From an uncultured archaeon (GTDB taxonomy: Archaea > Thermoplasmatota > Penumbrarchaeia > JASLWR01), in assembly GCA_964342815.1 (NCBI GenBank), contig CAYFHS010000002.1, positions 56,690-120,689 of the forward strand: a stretch of DNA of 64,000 bases, in the 5' to 3' direction. The stretch's first letter is position 1, and every line of letters begins with the position of its first letter. The position numbers were made by a program, and so were the translations under genes. Below, in pieces: positions 59,901 to 64,000 of this stretch. The notes under the pieces were generated by a model. It was not told the DNA's origin and did not search any database. It worked only from the letters and a program-made list of their open reading frames with translations.

Positions 59901-60218
59901 ATCAAGGTAATTGACGAAAACGTCACATTGTCATCCATCTCCGCCGGCGAAAATAAAGCGGTTGAATTCTCATGGACGCCTGATCGATACGGTACCGATT
60001 ATTTTCTCGAATTTAACGTGGACCCGGAAAATAAAATTTCCGAAGAGAACGAGAACAACAATCAGCTGACTCCGGATGAGAACTTCATATCAGAGCCCGA
60101 ACCGGCGGTTGAAAAAGGATTTATGAGTACGACGGTGATAATCAGTATTGTTGTGGTCATAGTCATCATTGGTGCCATCATTGCCGTGCTGCTGGTTCTG
60201 TCCCGCCGTAAAAAATGA
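56946..60218 (+). CDS. Tandem paralog of the CARDB surface protein with a plain TM anchor
   Basis: Colinear similarity to 53462-56704 (RD.W.KD, TFQNNGSAGDV, RPDLLVST, YLYIDDALV); ends in TM + RRKK without PGF. Confidence 0.85.
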   Translation: MNVKKIFIILLILTILVPTSMATTQTPQEYGNEDNNEERETSINHVESLEDQSDRASVIKACEINPQETKFRRERYDLRPLESERTRYERDIWMKDVEIKTTPYKFDHTIYETDDQYIYFCDCFGIKGQDITFTVTFQNNGSAGDVEIRLEIMPYLVHQDDGYDDDNWPVYWFEYKQVSSQGAGAEETVDFTWTVECSRLLIVNASAFERGDPDPDNNEIWWLGRSLSTYDPGDNEAGSPLENEKGNWHTRDVVNDPAADDHSDPKAWYHGNANGMSYGADNNTLALKDPVIFDGDSIYDTRFGTYLTFTIAGNLDATSELALYYSLDGGGWEKMFWWTTPWNTNADWFWATFSSGDTYYPGIPMNYADSIKIAINVDSPSGGGVRPGLYIDEFQIYGMENGTIENPPDDPSFTKLKIENRDPGQIKDSNSNGVIDAEGDPGQEMVFPLKLTNDGTAIISKITFEVSDLPNGWDAEDIIFEPASVTAQMARYETKDIDVKVTIPDDARASVDFSKDSGDKDMEYNPHIINITATATGIPPEVGKPDPIPDEDSKSIDLEAIVTEQPALEVSVVNDNITGKQGIELDYFMTIKNKGNCNLTDNINAKVMIRELITPSNLWTVQLSDNDFKLDYGDELDVTVTIVSPQNVIAGYHITELEISIEEFGISESIILIIGIEQVFGIELDLKDKNDENIEIDPEKIGSMQQFVDFEITNTGNGDDSVKMVAEAGNSNDDKWFDIKDEAAIELGPTGGLDDNEDFSMEFNVPEDAVAGKHEFTIKAVSEKDLIDGTESDEKLITFTVLRPDLLVSTKIELVPDKPVKDDETEIRVRIFNNGTTSAMGFSVYLYIDDALVEYKPVNILQKGDSTDIPSFKYFFTDDKEYTIKVTVDPTDGVNDNGNITEMDELNNDASRTVEVIAPELQFGGDMLVSTGDGVEIMPSGEDRYDVKIDETYKLGVNVLNKGKADAKVVRVNLKILYMDPMGEEIKVIDENVTLSSISAGENKAVEFSWTPDRYGTDYFLEFNVDPENKISEENENNNQLTPDENFISEPEPAVEKGFMSTTVIISIVVVIVIIGAIIAVLLVLSRRKK

Positions 60219-60500
60219 AACTACCGCGTCTTAATTTCAATTCCATTAAGAGCCCAAACGATAGACAAGTACGTTACACAGAGGACACTTTGTACGGGAC
60301 CGTAGAATATTGCTTATTAAAGGAGAAGCAAATCACCAATTAATAATCATTACCATGATGGTTATTCTAGAAATAACGGGTACTAATGAAAATAGATTTC
60401 TTCCCCGGTCATACCTGCGGATAGTAAGAAATAATATATACCGATTTATGTATACTCGGAATGGATCATCCGAATAACTTTCATAATGGTGATATTTCTT

Positions 60501-61439
60501 ATGAAGAGGAAAGGGCGAAATTCCGGCGGGAAAAAGGGAGGGCAAACGAAAAAAGGCGGATATGACTTTTTCAGCGATAAGAAAATGGGACCGGTGAAAA
60601 GTCCTCCGACCCAAAAGAAGAAAAGCGGACTAAAATGCCCCAGCTGCGGGACCAGTTCTCCGATGCACGACAGATTCTGCACCGTCTGCGGCAAACCGCT
60701 CACAAAGAATCCAGCTGCAGCCAAGGGGATGGCGGGAAAAGTAAAATGGGCCGAAACCGACGAGAAAAAACCGCAGCGAAAGGCCAAAGGACGGACTAAA
60801 ACCTCTACAGCTAGAAGTCCACGAGAAGGGGTACATGAAAAAGGACAAACTTTAATTAAATGCTGGGTTTGCGGCACCAAGTTTTCAGGTAAACAGAAAT
60901 TCTGTACCATTTGCGGTTCACCCAAGGAAAAAAATGTTCAAAATATGTCATGTCAGATTTGTGGCGCAGCACTCCAAAAAAATGAACGTTTCTGTATCGT
61001 TTGCGGCTCTTCCCAGGAAAAAAAAGCTCAAAATATGTCGTGTCAATTCTGCGGTGCTGTTCTTTCGGAAAACGAAAGGTTCTGTATGGATTGCGGGTCG
61101 CCCCGAGTGGAAAAAATCCAAGAAAATGTATGTGAAGGATGCGGCGCTGTTCTCTCGGAAAATGAGGAGTTCTGTAGCATATGCGGAACCCGACCGGTGC
61201 GGCAGTATAGTGAAAAGAACGATGAGGCGAAAATAGAGAGGAAAGCAAATGCCCGTTATTACAAAATACTGGAATTAGAGCCTGGTGCAACCCAAACTGA
61301 GATCAAAAAAGCTTACAAGAGGAAAATAATCGAATATCATCCTGACAAGGTCCACTCCCTAGGTGAGAGAATCCGCGAGATCGCTGAAGAGGAGACGAAA
61401 AAAATCACCGAGGCCTATAGAGCTCTTATGAATGAATAG
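60501..61439 (+). CDS. J-domain (DnaJ class C) protein with five N-terminal double zinc ribbons
   Basis: Five CxxCG-x8-FCxxCG units; YYKILEL...A...EIKKAYK.....YHPDK; GGTGA RBS before ATG 60501. Confidence 0.88.
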   Translation: MKRKGRNSGGKKGGQTKKGGYDFFSDKKMGPVKSPPTQKKKSGLKCPSCGTSSPMHDRFCTVCGKPLTKNPAAAKGMAGKVKWAETDEKKPQRKAKGRTKTSTARSPREGVHEKGQTLIKCWVCGTKFSGKQKFCTICGSPKEKNVQNMSCQICGAALQKNERFCIVCGSSQEKKAQNMSCQFCGAVLSENERFCMDCGSPRVEKIQENVCEGCGAVLSENEEFCSICGTRPVRQYSEKNDEAKIERKANARYYKILELEPGATQTEIKKAYKRKIIEYHPDKVHSLGERIREIAEEETKKITEAYRALMNE

Positions 61440-61506
61440 AACTGAGAGGAGATCGAAAAAATAATAGATAAATAATGTAGAATTACTGAAAATAAGGTGA
61501 TAAACA

Positions 61507-62229
61507 ATGACAGAAATATTGTATTTTCCAGATATAGAAGCATGCTATATAAGAGAGTTCTCGGGAGAAGTGGCAGAGGTCAGGGAAGACGAAGGGATCG
61601 TGATGGACGTCACCGCCTTTTACCCCAAAGGAGGGGGGCAGAACGCTGACGAGGGAATTCTTATCATAAAGGGAAAGGAGTATGCGGTGAAGGATGTCCG
61701 AAAGGAAGGAGAGAAGATCGTTCATCACCTAGCCTCTACTGATGATATCTCTCCCGGAGATTCCGTCCGGGGCGAGCTTAACTGGGAGAGCAGATACGGC
61801 AATATGCGTATGCATACCGCACAGCATCTGATATCTGCCATCGTTAAGGATATGTACGGTGCTGATACAGTTGGAAACCAGTTATACCCTGACAAAGCCA
61901 GGATGGATTTTTCTCCACTTTCAAAACAGGATTTCGTACCATTTGAGGTTGCCAGGATTTTTTCAGAGAAGATCTCCAAAGGCAATTCGACAAAAATATA
62001 TTTTGCCGACCGCCAGGAACTCTCCTCCAATCCTAAAGTAAGGATCTCACTCAGCCGACTTCCCCCGCATATAAACAACCTACGAGTGGTTGAGATCGAC
62101 GGATACGATATATGTCCGTGTGCCGGTACACACATAAGATCTCTCAGTGAGCTTCAGCCCATCGAGATCACACGAGCAAAATCAAAAGGAAAGGGTAGAA
62201 TAAGAGTGGAATATTGGTTCGCCCGGTAG
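61507..62229 (+). CDS. alaX: Alanyl-tRNA editing protein (AlaX-M type)
   Basis: T.FYP.GGGQ..D.G; R..NMRMHTAQHL; D..PC.GTH. Confidence 0.93.
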   Translation: MTEILYFPDIEACYIREFSGEVAEVREDEGIVMDVTAFYPKGGGQNADEGILIIKGKEYAVKDVRKEGEKIVHHLASTDDISPGDSVRGELNWESRYGNMRMHTAQHLISAIVKDMYGADTVGNQLYPDKARMDFSPLSKQDFVPFEVARIFSEKISKGNSTKIYFADRQELSSNPKVRISLSRLPPHINNLRVVEIDGYDICPCAGTHIRSLSELQPIEITRAKSKGKGRIRVEYWFAR

Positions 62230-62377
62230 TTTTAATCCGGATCTGCTGGAAAAAACGAAGGAAAATCTTGAGTAAACAGATTAAAAAAATATTTTTAGCT
62301 ATTAGACCGCTTTGAGGACAGACACAATATGATTTATATATTATTTTAACGATAAATAGGAAATCTATTGACAAAAC

Positions 62378-62866
62378 ATGTTCATACTATTCGAAATAGT
62401 GAAAAGTGATCCAATGAGTACCGGAACAGAAAACGAAAACTCATCAAAAGAAAACGATGTGGAGGGCCCGAGTCTGCGCCTTCCATCCAATGCGGCATTG
62501 GAAAAGATCATACTCGGTATAATGGATAAAACAGGTGAGGTACGCAGTCTCAAATTGATGACCGGTCTCGTTAACAAGGAACTGGATGACGCAGGATACG
62601 AAAAACATACCACGGCTCCCAGAGTAAAACGTATCATTCTGGAGAGAAAACTCGCCAACATAAAGGTGAACATGAGACGTTGGGACGGTCAGGGTCTGGC
62701 GAGTAAATGCCCGGTGTGCGACCACGGCCTGAAAAACGAAAAGAACGTCACTATCTACGGATGGATGATAACATTGAAACAGGTATGTCCGAAATGCGGA
62801 TACTGGACGGACAGGAAAAAGACGTCCGTTTCCAGATACACTTTCTCCCCTATAACCAATGAATGA
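62378..62866 (+). CDS. Hypothetical protein with a winged-helix-like N-terminus and a C-terminal zinc ribbon
   Basis: CPVC...CPKCGYW; R.PS...L...I start. Confidence 0.7.
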   Translation: MFILFEIVKSDPMSTGTENENSSKENDVEGPSLRLPSNAALEKIILGIMDKTGEVRSLKLMTGLVNKELDDAGYEKHTTAPRVKRIILERKLANIKVNMRRWDGQGLASKCPVCDHGLKNEKNVTIYGWMITLKQVCPKCGYWTDRKKTSVSRYTFSPITNE

Positions 62867-62962
62867 CGAAAAAACGATATAATACCACCCGTATATCGTC
62901 AGGCTCGTTGACAGTGGTATTCGACCACACAAGTAGAGTAATCTGGATAATGGTGAACACAA

Positions 62963-64000
62963 TTGGATAAATCGGTTATTATAAAGGCGGCCAGGGAGGC
63001 AATCGATAATGAGAAATTCGACGAGGCTATCGAGCTACTGGAAGAGATACTTCAGGAAAGCATCGATATAGATGCACTGGAACTGAAGGGTGAGGCTTTT
63101 CGGCTTAAAGGAGAACCCAAAGAGGCCATGAAATGTTATGATCGCGCCCTGGTCGTTGACCTCAATCAGAAGGCCATCTGGAAGGGAAAAGGCATTTGTC
63201 TTCTGGCCGTGGGTAGGGACGATGAGGCCCGCCGTTCCTTCGACAGGGTGGTAAAGATAGCTCCGGATTATGCAGAGGGTTGGTTGGAAAGAGGAAGAAT
63301 GGGAATGAAGGTGCATGACTGGGATATGGCCCTGGAATCCTTCGAAAAGGTGACAACACTCGATCCATCGAGCCATATGGGATGGTACAACCGTGCAAAC
63401 GCCCTGATAACCGGTTACGGTAAGATGGAAGAGGCCATCGAATACTACAAAAAAGCCATCGAGATATTCGACGGATCGGACGAATACTGGTTCAGTCTTG
63501 GGGTTGCTCTAAAGAGTTCCGGCGATTTCATCGAAGCCGGTAGAAGTTTTAACAGTGCTCTAAACCTGAAACCACTGCATATCATGTCAAACAAGTATCT
63601 GGCTGACTGCATAAAGGAGTTGAGAGCCAAGGGGATCGATGAGTCTGTAATCACGGTAAAAAAGAAAGAACCGGAGAAAAAAACACGCCGCAGGAAAAGA
63701 AGGAGAAAGGAAAAAGACGAAGTGTGGGACGTGGAACCAAGCGAAACATGGGAAGTCGAAAAAGACGAATTGGAAACATCAGGTAAAAAAATATCCAGAA
63801 AACGTAAAAAAAATGTAGCAAAAATAGAAGAGACATGGGAACCGGAACCGCTCGAGGAAGAAACATGGGAACCGGAAGTTCAGGAAGAAAAGGTTGAACC
63901 GGTGGCGGAGAAAACAAGAAAGTCAAGAAGAAAAAAGAAAAAGGAAGTAGAGGAGACTTGGGAACCGGAACCGCCCGTGGAAGAAACATGGGAACCGGAA
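62963..64000 (+). CDS. TPR-repeat protein with a low-complexity EETWEPE(P) repeat tail (runs off the window end)
   Basis: GGTGA RBS then TTG at 62963; open to the window end; KG....G...EA..CYDRAL and W..RG..... TPR patterns. Confidence 0.85.
   Translation, partial: MDKSVIIKAAREAIDNEKFDEAIELLEEILQESIDIDALELKGEAFRLKGEPKEAMKCYDRALVVDLNQKAIWKGKGICLLAVGRDDEARRSFDRVVKIAPDYAEGWLERGRMGMKVHDWDMALESFEKVTTLDPSSHMGWYNRANALITGYGKMEEAIEYYKKAIEIFDGSDEYWFSLGVALKSSGDFIEAGRSFNSALNLKPLHIMSNKYLADCIKELRAKGIDESVITVKKKEPEKKTRRRKRRRKEKDEVWDVEPSETWEVEKDELETSGKKISRKRKKNVAKIEETWEPEPLEEETWEPEVQEEKVEPVAEKTRKSRRKKKKEVEETWEPEPPVEETWEPE

Noticed and set aside
53462-60218. Paralogous segments as a DGR template/variable repeat pair
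   Set aside because: Differences are mostly synonymous and involve all bases, not only adenines; no reverse transcriptase is in the window.

Overview
Archaeal chromosomal segment, most likely Thermoplasmata (inference). Support: archaeal type IV pilin, RPA, KaiC/RAD55 ATPase, GGPP synthase, a PGF-CTERM protein, GGTGA/GAGGTG ribosome-binding sites and a tRNA without encoded CCA. More than half of the window encodes very large secreted or single-pass membrane proteins (PQQ, WD40 and BNR propellers, metallophosphoesterase, HExxH peptidase, NosD beta-helices, CARDB proteins). These are interspersed with housekeeping genes (rpa, HIT, idsA, rfbB, alaX, tRNA-Arg), a vapBC pair and a Fic gene. Main unexplained signals: (1) a dispersed family of modular multi-hairpin intergenic elements with visible compensatory base changes, two of which flank an AT-rich Fic gene and have attC-like ends; (2) a recurring [ST]R motif just before the first folded domain of most secreted proteins; (3) a beta-helix receptor fused to a cytoplasmic double HTH that shares a promoter palindrome with its paralog; (4) a protein with a eukaryote-like ubiquitin domain; (5) an inverted-repeat element that duplicates the 5' end of tRNA-Arg. 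No CRISPR array, rRNA, integrase, transposase or reverse transcriptase was seen. All family assignments are by-eye motif recognition, not database searches.
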